A DNA stretch of 64,000 nucleotides from Eledone cirrhosa. Its lineage: Eukaryota. Under the pieces are notes generated by a model. It saw only the letters and a list, made by a program, of their open reading frames with translations. It did not search any database and was not told the origin of the DNA. Of this stretch, positions 49,901-64,000 are shown in pieces (within the stretch, counting starts at the first letter, position 1; every line of letters starts with the position of its first letter). The position numbers and the translations under genes are program-made. Location of the stretch: contig OZ024741.1 in the NCBI GenBank assembly GCA_964016885.1, positions 346,394,001 to 346,458,000 of the forward strand, given 5' to 3'.

Positions 49901-52471
49901 TTTGCCATTCAATTGTGTACATGTCACATTTGACTGGTCCAAAGAATTCACATTTTTTAATGAGATCCATCAGCTATATTACTTTAAGTCTGAACACCTT
50001 AGCTATAATATCATGGCGATCTTTGGGTTCTTGATGATGATAAAGCTCACTCTTTATTTCATGCTATGTTGGTTTACATGTGAATGTAATGAAGAGGTCT
50101 GGACGACCATAGTGTCTGACATATGTAAATGGGTACGCTCATGCATATACTCTGGACCGCCTGTAAAGCTTGATGGAAGAATAACACAATGCTGTCCAAT
50201 GTTATAGGCAACCAATGCTACTTCATTACTGATTGCATATCTCAGGTGAATATAATCTGATGTGTTCTAATTTAAAGAAGCCTTTCTCCTTCAAATTTTG
50301 TATACATATCAACTGCAAATTGCTGGAAGAGTTCACGTGAACCATGACGTATATTGAAGTCTTGCTATCTTAATATGAAAATGTAAGCATATAATTACAT
50401 GCAGCTTACTGTTTTTGTCTGAGTAGGAGCTCTTGTTTTAAGATCTATTTTTTTATACCGAAGTGATATCAATCTTGGCCAAATACACAGAATAATGGAT
50501 ACTGGAGTGCATCATATGATCGGTAGTCATTTATCCGCTTCATCTTATATCCTCTTCCTTGAATAATAATATCTCTCTTCCCATACTTGTTGCCTGTAAT
50601 AATTGCTGCTACCTCATTATAGCAGCCTCTGAGTTCAGCAAGAGGCTTTTTGTCTGCATCAATAACTATCAACAAGTGACTGGTGCAGATTATAATGCTT
50701 GCTTGAAACGTCTGATGTGGCTATTATTTGCATGTAACATATCTTGCAAATCAAAGATTAACTCTTCTTTCAAATTTGGAAGGTTAAATGACCGTTGCAA
50801 AGCCTGCTCCTTGTAATTTGCCACAAAATATAGCTGTAAAAACTGAGGACTTTTGCCTTCAGTTGATAACAAAGATCCAATACGATGGTATACCTGACCT
50901 TGAACTTTAAAAGTGGGCTTCATGTTCCCTTCTCTTATAATATTGCTACCAGAATGAGGCCATTTGGAAAGCAGAATTATAATTCCTAATGTTTTTCAAG
51001 AAGTGCATGCTCCTTGATGTGTTTCCCAAAAGCCATGCCTTCAAAGTACCTGGGGGTGTACCAAACGTCTGTAAAACAAATATTCCTCCATCACAACACA
51101 TAGTGGTGGTTTCTCTTTCCCATTTTTTTCCTTTACAATAATTGCACTCTTTTGACATTGCTCCAATCAATTTCTCTGTAGAATAACAATGGTTTGGCTC
51201 ATAGTTGAAAGCTGATATTTTGAAAGGTGCAACTCTTTTGTCAAACATATTCAGCCTACCCAGCTTACGTTTCTCCCCTGATGATCGGCAAAGTCTTGCA
51301 GCAACTGTTTGTTCCTGGTTTTTTCTTTGTCTAACCACACGCCGACCTATTTTCTCATTGGCAACTCTGGTAGCTTGTCTTTTTCCTGCAGCCTTTAAAC
51401 GTTTTTCTCTTTACTTTCTTGACTCTTGGCTCCTGCGGATTGCATTTTGTTGACGTAATTGTTCTAACCGTTTTCCCCTTGCCTCTTGTGACTCATTGGC
51501 GCAGCGTGCAGCAGCTCTCCTCCGGTCGTTTTCATGTTTTTGCTATCGTTGTGCAGGGGTTTCTAGTGACCTTGCTCTGGCTACCTGTACCCATCTTTGC
51601 TTCACTGTAGAATACTGATCATCTACATCTACCCTGTTTTCTTTTGTAGAGAGTGAGAACAACTTTCTCGGAATCGTTTTTGAAAATTAAAATGGGGATT
51701 AAATGAAAAAATTAGTGCAATTTACGTGAATATCTTCACAAGAGTGATTGAAATAAATGCCGACTGTGGAACACCGCACGCACACACACACGCACGCAAA
51801 CGCACACGCGCACGCAAACGTGCACACGCATGCAAACTCACACTTGTTGATAGTTTTTACTTTCTGTGGAATGCCGCACGCACACACACATACACACACA
51901 CCTGCACGCACGCCTGCAGATACACACTCATGCATACATGTTAATAGTTATTGCTTTCCTTCCCCTCTTATTTCCACACACATGTATTTACACTGACACA
52001 TATACATACAGTATCAAACACAGCTCTCTTTCTCTTTCTCTCAGTCTCTCACGCGCTATCCCCCTCTTTTTGTGTCGGCTTTCTTTCAACTACTCCTACA
52101 GAACAGCATCTCTCCCTCTACCCACCTCTCCTTCAATTTCTATAGAAACTTGTTCTCTCTCAGTGTTTCTTTCTCACTCCTCTCTGCCTTTTTCTCATTC
52201 TGTGTTTCTCTCGCTCACACTCTCTGTAACACTTCCTCTCTTTTAGTCTGTCTATTTCTTTCCCTCTCTCACTCTCATCCCAACTCACTCACACACTCAC
52301 TTTCGAGAAACGTTGTGAAGAATGAGGAGATTGAGGATGAGAAGTAAAGAACCACTTCCTCACTTTGCCTCTCCGTTTCTTTCGATCCCTTCTCACTCGC
52401 CCATTGGCATTATGCACAGACATACAAATAGACAGACATCTGCTAACATCTAAACTATAATAAAGTAAGGA
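46970..52471 (-). mobile_element. Helitron (autonomous type, decayed RepHel)
   Basis: 3' end on the minus strand: hairpin CCTGGC-aaa-GCCAGG then CTAG|T at 46970. The 5' TC end near 52471 is approximate. RepHel fragments are in the expected order. Confidence 0.9.
47218..51600 (-). pseudogene. Helitron Rep (HUH) plus PIF1 helicase, heavily frameshifted
   Basis: CNYCKGKKW..CCDGG, NIRNYNSAFQMASF, FKVQGQVYHRIGSL, YDALQYPL, TIEWQKREMPH, MIHGPCG, VHLENGQR, SVASSG, IPRIP..QFPVRL..MSINKAQGQTL..FSHGQLYV. Confidence 0.92.
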
Positions 52472-52842
52472 GTGCGGGACAGCGTCCAGAAAATATTTGT
52501 TTTATCCCGTTTGTAAAATAAGTTGGATTACTTTGAATAAATAATGAATGCATATCACATAATTTATCTACTAAATTTCGTTATTCTTGATTAAATATTA
52601 TAATTTTATTGCTTATTTTAAGATTCACTTCTTTAACATTTTCAAATGTCGACACTTCCGGTTAGCGATCGCTTAAATAAACAGTCATATATTTCCGTCA
52701 ATGGATTACGTTACTGATTACCTAAGACAGTGTAACGCAGTCTTCGTTCAATGTCTGTGTATATTGTCATTTATAATTTTATTTGACGTATATATACATG
52801 GATATATACTTGCGTATAATATAAATATGCACACAACACAGG

Positions 52843-52881
52843 CTAGCAGAAAACCACCCGAGGGGTGGTTTTTTTGTTAGT
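52843..52881. other. Isolated Helitron-like 3' hairpin
   Basis: AAAACCACCC-gag-GGGTGGTTTT, with CTAG on one side and TTAG|T on the other. Orientation is ambiguous. Confidence 0.45.
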
Positions 52882-52996
52882 ATATATATAGATGTGTGTC
52901 TGTGTTAACCAGTGTTCGTTGTCATTCTCTCTCTGAATATCTGACATTGTATCTCTCTGTATAACGGCTTATCTCTCTGCCTCTCCCTCTCTTTAG

Positions 52997-53059
<63 letters not shown>

Positions 53060-53298
53060 TGTAATTTTCAAGTGATTAAACCAGCCAGCCAACCAGCCAA
53101 CCAACCAACCAAGAAACAACTCTCTTTTATATATGTTTAGATTGGTGTTGTATAAATTATTATCTACTTAAAAGGAATAGTTATTTTGAAATGACATCAA
53201 ATGTAAAAGCATTCAAATTGGATGCTATGAAAATGTTTGAAGACAGTATATATGTGTTTTTTGCCAGTGCAGTATGTACACACACACAAACACACATT

Positions 53299-53348
<50 letters not shown>

Positions 53349-53431
53349 TAAACACATAAACACACATACACACATACACACACACATACACACACTCACA
53401 CACACACAAAAAAATAAACACATAAACACAT

Positions 53432-53473
<42 letters not shown>

Positions 53474-53561
53474 ATATATATATATATATACAGACAGAGA
53501 TAGAGAAAAGAGGCAGAAATAGAGAAAAGGGAGAACGAGAGAGAGAGAGATAAGGAGAAAG

Positions 53562-53592
<31 letters not shown>

Positions 53593-54492
53593 CAGAAAGA
53601 GGGAGAGAGAAAACGAGAGAGAGAGAAAGAGACGGGGTGGGGGACGGGGGCAAGAATCAGTGGTGCATTGAGAAAACATTCTTTTCGAAGTGTACCTTAT
53701 GCCATACATATATGTATGTAGAGTTATTATATTTGTCATCTTAAATAAACTGCACAGTTGCCTCTGCATTCTAAGTATGCATATGTGTAGTTTTGAACGA
53801 CAGTTATATGTTCCTTTGATAGACTTTGAGATAAATGTATGATGTCTTGGACATGAATATTGAAGCGTAAATAATCTCAGGTAGAAGGTTCTCGGGAAAT
53901 ATTTTACGCAGTCTATTGTCAGCTAGATGTAATTACGTGAAAAATAGCTGCTTGCAATATATTAACAAAATTTTACACACATGCATATTACGTTTTCTAT
54001 TTACGTAAGCATATGTTTAACTTAAATATTCAAACGTTCTTATGAATTTAAGTGATGTTCAATGAGGAAAAGAAAATCAAAGCTTAGTTTTATTGAGATA
54101 TGTTGACATTTAGTCTGAGGTGTGTCAAGTTCGAACAAAGTTTAGTCTATGTAAAGTAAATATAGAATGCTTTTTTAGGCAAGAGCTAATGCCAGCACAT
54201 ATATTGTCTTAAGGATATAATTTAAAGTAAGTAAACTATTTAATCCTCTTCCAAACAACATTTGTTAATACTATTTATTTCAAGTTTATATGGAATTAAT
54301 TCAGAGACGTAGACTAAGCTATAGGTCTTTTAAGTTTGAATTTTCAAGTCAGAATAAAATGTTGTATGCAGTGCCCCGTATGTATGTCATACATTTTGTT
54401 ATATAAACGTTCAGTAATAGACAGAGCCGATTTATGAGACAGACACAAGACGTTCTCATTGGCTTTTAGACAATATCAATTTGGTAAATACG

Positions 54493-54610
<118 letters not shown>

Positions 54611-54970
54611 TGTGTGAGTGTGTGCGTGTATGTGCGTGTGTGTACAGATATGGATGTTGTTTTATGTGTGGATCTGCCTGTCTTTAGTTATACGTGTACA
54701 CGTGCATATGTTTCTGTATCTATACATGTGTACATGCAGTTATTGCAGTCAGAATTTACCAAATGTTTTACATATTATTACAGTTCCTTTAATGGTCTGT
54801 ACTTGCAACTTCCTAACTAGCGACTGCACAGAGGCACCCGCGTTATGTCATAGCTTTTAAAATTTGGGATAGAATGGAATAATATATTTTAAAATAATCA
54901 CAGAGAATTATTTCTAAAATGTATATATAACTCATGCAGTAACAAAACCCTTGGACTTCATTGTCTAAAC

Positions 54971-55173
54971 CAGGCATGTCAAACTGAAGGTCCCCTGAGG
55001 GCCACATAGGCGACATATGTGTTGTCTGAGGGCCACACATGACAACTAATTGCGCACATCACAGCTAATTTTACGAAGATAAAACATGCTCATGCTATAA
55101 AACCTTTGTGCAGGACGCAAGGGTGCTTGTAAATGGCCGCATAGGCCCACGGACCGCATCTTTGAGATGCCTG
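54971..55173. mobile_element. hAT (Charlie-type) MITE, 203 bp
   Basis: TIRs CAGGCATGTCAAA / TTTGAGATGCCTG; 8-bp TSD GTCTAAAC / GTCTAAAT. Confidence 0.88.
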
Positions 55174-55330
55174 GTCTAAATCACCCTTTATTTTGTAAGT
55201 GATTTCTGTTTTGATATGAACCTACACGCTGGATGAGCCGGACTGAGACAATCATCGTTCAAACTTATGTATGGTACAATATAGTATAAAAATAAAATAA
55301 AAATGAAACTTCGTTATCTCATATATAATA

Positions 55331-56625
55331 CTAGCAGAATGGCCCGGCGTTACTCGGGATTTGCTCTAGGCTTCTTATATATTTGATATATATTTATCCT
55401 TATTGAGCCTCGTGAAACAAATACGTTTATTTATATTTTGTTATTTTGTATGCAAAAATATCTGTACACGAATATATAATTATATATATATCTATATATC
55501 TAAAACAGAGAATGTCTGTCTGTCTGTCAGCTCACTAAAATTTGAGAACCACCCAACCGATTGTTTTCAAACTTTACACATGTAATACTTATGGTCCTGT
55601 GAGTGATTTGAGCAAAACATATTTCAAATTTTCAATGCTGTAGGGACCGTAAAAGGGAATTTAGCGATCGCTCTCTATAATTCTTAATCTTTCTTTTTAG
55701 ATAGATACATAGATATAACGCCCTTATAATATCTGTATGTCTATATGCCTGGCTGTCTGCATTACGTCATTATGACGCGATCAGTGTGTGTGTGTATATA
55801 TATGTATTGTAATGCAGACAGCAAGACATATAGCTTTCCTTCCCCTGTTCCAGCGTCTCTCTCTCTCTCCCGCTATCCCCCTCTTTTAGTCTGTCTGTTT
55901 CTTTCACACTCACTCTTTCTCTTTATAACTCACTCACATTAATACTAAAGGGTTAAGGTATTGTTCTCAAAATAAATAATATTAAATCTATGAAATTTTT
56001 ATATTATGTGAGATAAAGCCTTTACCATGAAAATAATATAGTATATATATAGTAATGTAAATGCTAAAGGTTTAATTCCATCAGAGAGAGTTTATAATCA
56101 CTCACGCACACATACACACTCACGCATGCAAACGCACACAAAGTCACACACTCACGCGCGCACGCACACACACACGCAATAGTTATTCCACTGTCATGTA
56201 TCTTTGACGCATACAACTCTCAAAAGACGGCGTCTGTCACTCTCTCTCTCTCCCGCTATCCCTGTCTTTCAGTCTGTCTGTTTCTTTCACTTTCACTCTT
56301 TCTTTCTGTAACTCGTTCACATTTCCCCCTCTATTGAAAAACGCTGTGACGAATGGGGAGAAGTAGGATGAAGAGTAGAGAGCCACTTCTTCACTCCGAC
56401 TCTCCGTTTCTTTCTCTCCCCTCTCACTCCCTCATTATGTACAGACATTGGCCAGTTCACTAATTCGATCCCTAGGTCAGAATAATTTGAAATTTTTGTT
56501 TCCTCAAAACACTTCCGGGGCGATACAGGTTACATGTGTAAAGTTTGAAAAAATTCGGTTGGGTACTTCTCGAGTTTTAGGGAAACAGACACACAGACAG
56601 ACATCCTCTGTTATATATATGTAGA
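55331..56625 (-). mobile_element. Non-autonomous Helitron related to the 47-52 kb element
   Basis: A|TC 5' end at 56625; hairpin and CTAG|T at 55331-55358. Internal 56240-56445 resembles 52240-52420. Inverted copy of its 5' end at 55491-55670. Confidence 0.8.
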
Positions 56626-56809
56626 TAAACACTCCACTGATTACAAACATGCAACACAGAGAAACGAAGAGAAAAACACACTTCGTTGGGAATCCCCCTG
56701 TTCAAGTAATGGCATTGTGTGCTCATATTCGCGTCATCAACAGATTTAAAAAACATAATTACATGCATCATATATATATATACAAACGCACACATACAAC
56801 ACGCCCGCA

Positions 56810-56889
<80 letters not shown>

Positions 56890-57241
56890 CAGGGTGTCCC
56901 AAAAGTCACTAATCCATTTTATACAAATATGTATATAAAATTGCCATGTACATGTATATATAGATAGATAAAAGGATGAGTTAGATAAGCAAACGGTGGC
57001 AGAATGAAAGTGAGAGACAGAAAGAACGTATTTTATTATATATAGAAAATCTGGTAGAATCGTAAAAGATAAATAACTCATAGCTTTTATTTTTAAAGTG
57101 ACTCAAATTATACTCGTTTACACACGCACACACACATATATATATATATATATCCAAATTTATGTTTCTCTCACATTCTTTCTCTTCACACACATATTCA
57201 CGCACTTACGCAAGCGCACACACGCAGAGGCAAACACAGAC

Positions 57242-57273
<32 letters not shown>

Positions 57274-57467
57274 GTATATATGATATTCCCATTCACACAT
57301 TAAATCAGAAATTTATGATAAACAAAGGTATAGCTAAATAAGAATATATTAATAACACTATTCATCACTCCCTATGAAGAAAATATTATCACCCATCTGG
57401 GAATTTTAGCTATAAATGTAATTTTATAACATAGCGTTCCTAGGATATATCAATTATATTAGATATT

Positions 57468-58600
<1,133 letters not shown>

Positions 58601-58760
58601 GTGTGTATTTTATTATTTTAATAATTTTCTATCCTCAGGAAATATTGCTTATGTAATTCCACTCAAACCTAAACAAAACCACATACAAGCATACGTACCT
58701 AACTTCCTACATATCTACATATGTCTGTGTATATATACATGTACATATGTATATATAAAT

Positions 58761-59543
58761 ATATAAAATCAGGGAGTGTAAACAAAGAAGATATCTTAAA
58801 ATATATATAAAAATATAAATTCCAAAAAATTCACTGTACTTACTATATGTGCCCTTACCGCGGTTTCAGATCCTTAACAAATAGATATTCCAAGCGGATT
58901 TTCATTGAGAAAGACACCCTCGTCAGAAGGCTTTTCTCTCTAGGAGAATATAAAATCCCGAGTTCAAATTACAAACTGGCGCCATACAATGCCTCAGAAT
59001 GAGAATAAATGAATGATGAAACAATTTTGTCTAGTACCGTGTGCAAAGACAGAAAGCAAGGTGGACAGGGAAATCCCGTGCTGCTAAAAATAGCAGCCGT
59101 TCAAACGACCAAAGGTTTCTCTACCGTTGGGGAGAATAATATTAAAGGTATATGTTCCTACATGTAATTAATACACATAGGGACATAAGTATAGTCCGAC
59201 CGTATGCCATATTGGTTTAATGGCAAGTTAATAAATTAACAAGCCAGAACATATAAAATCAGGGACTGTAACACAGAAAATATCCTAAAAAATATATAAA
59301 AAATATAGATTCAAAAAAATTCACTGTACTTACTATATGTGCCCTTACCGCGGTTTCAGATCCCAAACAAATAGATAATTTTTATATATTTTTAAGGATA
59401 TTTCCTGTGTTTACACTCCCTGATTTTATATCTTTTGGCTTGTTAATTTATTAACTCGCCATTGAACCACATTAGCATACGGTCGGACTATACTTATGTC
59501 TCTTTGTGTATTAATTACATGTGGGAACATATACCTTTAATAT
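58761..59543 (-). mobile_element. Hammerhead retrozyme-like element: 490-bp partial tandem plus inverted arm
   Basis: atataaaatcaggga at 58761 and 59251; gcccttaccgcggtttcagatcc at 58851 and 59341. Segment 59378-59543 is the reverse complement of about 59139-59304. Confidence 0.85.
58851..58931 (-). ncRNA. Type I hammerhead ribozyme with extended stem II
   Basis: GCCTT-CTGACGA-GGGT..ATCT-GAAA-CCGCGG-TA/AGGGC, with palindromic stem III. Confidence 0.78.
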
Positions 59544-59920
59544 ATAAATATATATATATATATAAAGGTTTACATATATATATACATATATATATATGTG
59601 TTTTGCAACGGGTCACTTTGTGGCTCAATGAAGAGTTAATAAATTAAATAATCAGAGCTATATATCATAAAACATGTCTATAGAATCACCAGATAAAATA
59701 TATACCGTTTCCTCTCCCAATTAGCATAATTAACCATATAAAAAATCAATTAGACCAAGCTATAAGAATAAAGGCTCCTATGAAGAAATCTCCGACAAAT
59801 AACCGAAAGCAGCCCTTCGCGGCGGTTGCGACGGAGTATTTATCGAGTATTTCGACAGCATGTATAATTCGACCAGATATACAGTCAACTAAACAGAATT
59901 AGGTGTAAAATAAACTAGGA

Positions 59921-59982
59921 GAAAAGTGAACATATTTAGTTACCTCTACCATGGTAGAGGTAACTAAATATGTTCACTTTTC
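59921..59982. repeat. Perfect 62-bp spacerless palindrome
   Basis: gaaaagtgaacatatttagttacctctacca|tggtagaggtaactaaatatgttcacttttc. Confidence 0.97.
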
Positions 59983-60423
59983 ATGCGGGTTTAGTTTTCG
60001 CAACATCAATAACAAAATAGTGTATAATTAAGACAATAACATCAACAATAAAACATACATGGTAAATGGATAGAGAACATGAGAATTTAGGGATAGGGTG
60101 CATTGAGATGATAATAGTAATGAGATAATGTACTTAGAATTAAGTTCATCTGTTAGTGATCATGGGTGCTAATATGAGATATGTAGATATAATTGTGTGG
60201 TCCGAAAGAATAAACACCAGCAAAGACGAGATTGATTTATGGGTTGACAAGATAATTGGTAAATGTTTGTAGACATTGCCGTCCTATCTTGGTGGTATAG
60301 ATGTAGGGAGGCTGGAATATGTTTATAGAAGTTTATGGTTCTGAAATAGGCTGTGTGAGAAGGCGGATTTTATACGTTAAAGTCTAAGTGGTTTTCCATT
60401 AATTTTGGGGATGCTGGTTCGAA

Positions 60424-61950
60424 TCACGCTGGTTTAAATCTCGTAAATTTAGTAGCAATCCTATATCTGCAGAAACTTGGCCTTTCTATTTTGCTGTTAA
60501 GTTGCATTTTATCGTACCTTAAGATATGTAGCAATTCAAGGTTGCAGAGCCCGCAATGGGACATACCGCTGCTATAGGCCTTTGCGGCCGCTAATTTTGA
60601 CCAGCTAATATTGTAATCAAGGATTTTGTCCTTAAGTTGCCAGATTTTATTGGTGGGGGTTGTAGAATTCACCAGTGCGAGGTTCTTCATTGAATGTCTG
60701 TGGACTTACCACCTTTTTTTAAAAATCACCCGCAGAGGATCCTATGTAGTGCCAGGTGGAGTTGCCCGAGTTTACAGTACACATGTACATTAAGCTAGTA
60801 TCTAGGCACCTATTCCCTAATGGGCACTTATGGTAGGTGGCATTTGCAGTTTGAGGTATTATTCCGTGCAGCTTTCACATTGCGGTTTTGTAAATTGTTA
60901 TATGTGGGTTGCGATTCATGCCTATTGAATTTTTGCTGTGGTATGTCCAGATGCGTTTGTGGTTGTGATACTGTTATGTGTTTGTGTTTTGTATTTGGTG
61001 CTATGTTGTGTATTGGTGGGGAAACTTCCTTAGATATATTTTTGTGGTTGATCTTACGTATGTGCGATTCTATGTTGGCTGCAGTTAAGTATGAAAGTTT
61101 TATAGTTTTTCTATTGAAGATTTTATGGTATATATGAGATGTAGGAAAGTGCGAATCTATTAGTTTAAAACATGTAGAAGGCAGTTTAGTTCTTATAGAG
61201 GAGTTGAAGATCGCATTGAACCATATGTATTTTCTTTCTTTAGTTCTATAGTTTTGAGGGTTTCTATTGTTAGTGCTCTGTTCTCCTACTCTCGGTATAG
61301 TTGTCTAGTTCCATGCCCAGTCCTGTGTCTTTTAGTTTTGTATGAGCGGGTAGTTGTTGATGTTGTCCATATCTGTTATAAACTGCAGCTTTTCTTTGTG
61401 TCCAGCTTTATGTAATGCTGCGTTATAATAATTAGCATGTTCATTAACAATTTTCAGGTTTGAGGATAGGCGGGATATTCTGAGGTATATACTACGTGCT
61501 ATGGAGTTAATTATGGATCAGGGGTGGTTTGAGTTGTAGCTAATGTAGGCTAGATTTTCATTATTTTTATGGAAGGATTCTATTAATCCTCTGTTTAGGT
61601 TTAGAGTTACATCTAAAAAATTTGCCTTTTTAAAATTAAGTTCGAAAGTGATATCTAGGCCTAGTTTTTTGAAGAATGTTCTAATGTTTTTCGTAATTTT
61701 CCATGTTCTGGTTATTTAAGTTTTTAGCTATAAGGAGCGTATCATCTCTATAAGTTCCTCCTTGTAGGTTATTGAATACTTTATGTAAATTATGTGCTAT
61801 AAATATACCCACAACGTCCGTTATTTGCGCTGAGTCGTTCGATCCCATTGTGATATCGAAGCTAATCTTCCTATTTTTCTTTCTAACACCCCTCTCCTAT
61901 AAAAGCCATGCCTTGCGTATCATCCTCATATCCACGTACTCTGATGTATT
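60424..61950 (-). mobile_element. Penelope-like (Naiad-type) element, decayed RT plus GIY-YIG
   Basis: Minus strand FDITMGSNDSAQITDVVGIFIAHNL..QGGTYRDD, closely matching ORF 15463. C-terminus IWQLKDKILDYNISW..CGLCNLE..LNSKIE..CRYR. Confidence 0.85.
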
Positions 61951-62289
61951 GACTGGTTGTAAACAAAGTATTGGAGATCGAGTGACGCAGCACCAGGCGA
62001 TTAGCGAGCTCTAGACCGACCAGATCAACGAAACAATTGTCAGCAATGTGAATAAAGCCCCTACTGTACAGCCAACCATGTTACTCTTATTTCTAGAATT
62101 ATTATTACTCCAAGTATAACCTACATAGAAATCACCGCGAACTCGCTGCATCACTATGGAAGCGTCTTGTTGAGTCAAACTTAGCCATACGTTAAAACCA
62201 TCCACAACACGGAATACTCTAACAGGACTACCTCTAAGTGGATTACCTACAACGATAACTTGTTATCCCGTATATATATATATATATAT

Positions 62290-62870
62290 CCTCAGTGTAT
62301 ACTGATTAATGTTCAGAGCCATCCTCAGCATTCTCGTGTTGCACCCATCCACCATCTGAGTGAGTTTCTTGGTCAGTGTCCAAGTCTCAGACCCATACAG
62401 CAGCACGGACTCCACTACAGCAATGAAGAGGCGGATTTTCAGGTCTCTACGAAGGTCCGACTTCCACACCGAACTGAAGCTGTGGCACGCCACCCACCCA
62501 GGCCTTGCTCTTCCTCTTAACAACATCATCTTCCGTATTCCCAATCTTTGCTCCCAAATACAGGAAGTCCACAACCAATTCTAGCGGCTTCCCGCCTACA
62601 TTAGTGATCCCTTCTGGCTTCTCAACATTCTCTACAAGATATTTTGTTTTAGACTCATTTATTCTCAGCCCCACACTCATCGACACAGTCTCAACCTCCC
62701 GCATCAAATCCTACATGGACACACTAGAAGAAGAAGAACAAGGTTAACGTATGTTGATGCCCTAAGGACTGACACTGGTCTGTTGGAGACGCAGGACATG
62801 GTAGCGATAATGAGGGACAGAGACCGCTGGAGAGAACTCGTCCATGGATCTCAGGAATTTTACCCGCCTT

Positions 62871-62872
<2 letters not shown>
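62290..62872. mobile_element. RTE-clade LINE 3' fragment with 5' inversion, inside (TA)n
   Basis: Minus 62290-62707: VGLRINESKTK..DFLYLG..ESVLLYGSETWTL..RMLRMALNI. Plus 62711-62872: HGHTRRRRTRLTYVDALRTDTG..RDRDRWR..*. Confidence 0.85.
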
Positions 62873-62940
<68 letters not shown>

Positions 62941-64000
62941 AAGATGAATATAAAATGAAAGTGCTTTTTTTAAAAAGGAATTTATTAGGTATTGACATAT
63001 GTTTCTGTAACAGACGGAATACCTATGTATCGCTGCTTGCGTAATCACATAATGTTAGCAAGTATTCGATAGCAAATGTATAATCAGTTGTCACATCTTC
63101 AGAGATTTTGGAGAAATTGGATAAAATCAGAAAAATTGAAGTATTTATATTAGTAATAGAGGAAGAAGAGAGGGGATAGTATATGACAGATGGTAATTCA
63201 ATTTACTGCTAATCAAGTATATAAAGGGTTTCTAATGAGAATACCATGAGTAGATGGTTTATTTTATCTAAATAAGAATTTTTGGGAGTGCCATTTTTAA
63301 TCTCTACTTGACCAATTGGACAGTGGACAGGGCTGGTCATTTGGTGTAGTAGTATTAATTATAAAGTGTCAATTGGGGAAAGGGGGAGATTTCGATTGCT
63401 ACTGAATAACATCAATGCTAGTAGCCAGCTGGTATATGCATTAGGGAATTGAATTAAGAAATCAGAAATCTCATTTTATCTATAGCAGTTTATATTAAAT
63501 GGTAAATAATAGAAGAGTTGATAGAATTAAGACTAATAGAGAATGTTAATATCTATTTTGACAATCAAACGGAGATAGAGACAGGCGTTCAATCCTGGTA
63601 GTATTTATAATATGAAAATGTATATTTTAAGTCATGGTTACAGTATAACGATCGCTCTATTCTGTTATTTAATAAAATGTTTTTGGATTTCATAATAATT
63701 CCATATTACATAATTTACAAAATTCCTGTCCGTGGGTATATGGTGGGGCAGCTGCTATTATATCCCATTTTAGGTGAAATTGTTGGTTATTTTCACGCAG
63801 CTGCCAAGCCTTGTCTGCGAGTGTTGTTACATAACGCTGGTTTTCATGTTTTATCGAGTAACATTATTGATAACCTGAAATTTTTACGTACATACATATA
63901 TGTATACAGACGTACAGTAGTATGTATATATATATATATACATACATGCACACATATATATATGTACGTATGGATTATATATATACATATAGATATATAT

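Overview
Repeat-saturated, AT-rich animal genomic DNA with no host gene that I can support. The microsatellite load and SINE types suggest an octopus/cephalopod (inference). Autonomous-type elements, all at least partly decayed: four L1/Tx1-clade LINEs (A 6.0-10.7 kb -, B 23.6-29.3 kb -, C 37.5-41.5 kb +, D 41.5-46.4 kb +), an R4/Dong LINE (34.0-37.5 kb -), a RepHel Helitron (47.0-52.5 kb -), Penelope-like (mostly Naiad-type) fragments, an RTE fragment and a hAT remnant. There are also SINEs, a hAT MITE and non-autonomous Helitrons. Two signals stand out. (1) In the Tx1 LINEs, ORF2 is bracketed by a consensus splice donor 35-45 nt before its start (all four copies) and a YAG|G acceptor coinciding with its stop codon (A, B, C). 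Splicing would remove all of ORF2 and close ORF1 within 1-4 codons, giving an ORF1-only mRNA. (2) Several non-coding 320-490 bp units carry type I hammerhead ribozymes and show a Penelope-style 'partial tandem plus inverted arm' layout. One is very young (467-nt unit, three perfect hammerheads, 13-bp TSD). These look like retrozymes mobilised by the co-resident Penelope elements. All alignments and folds were done by eye.
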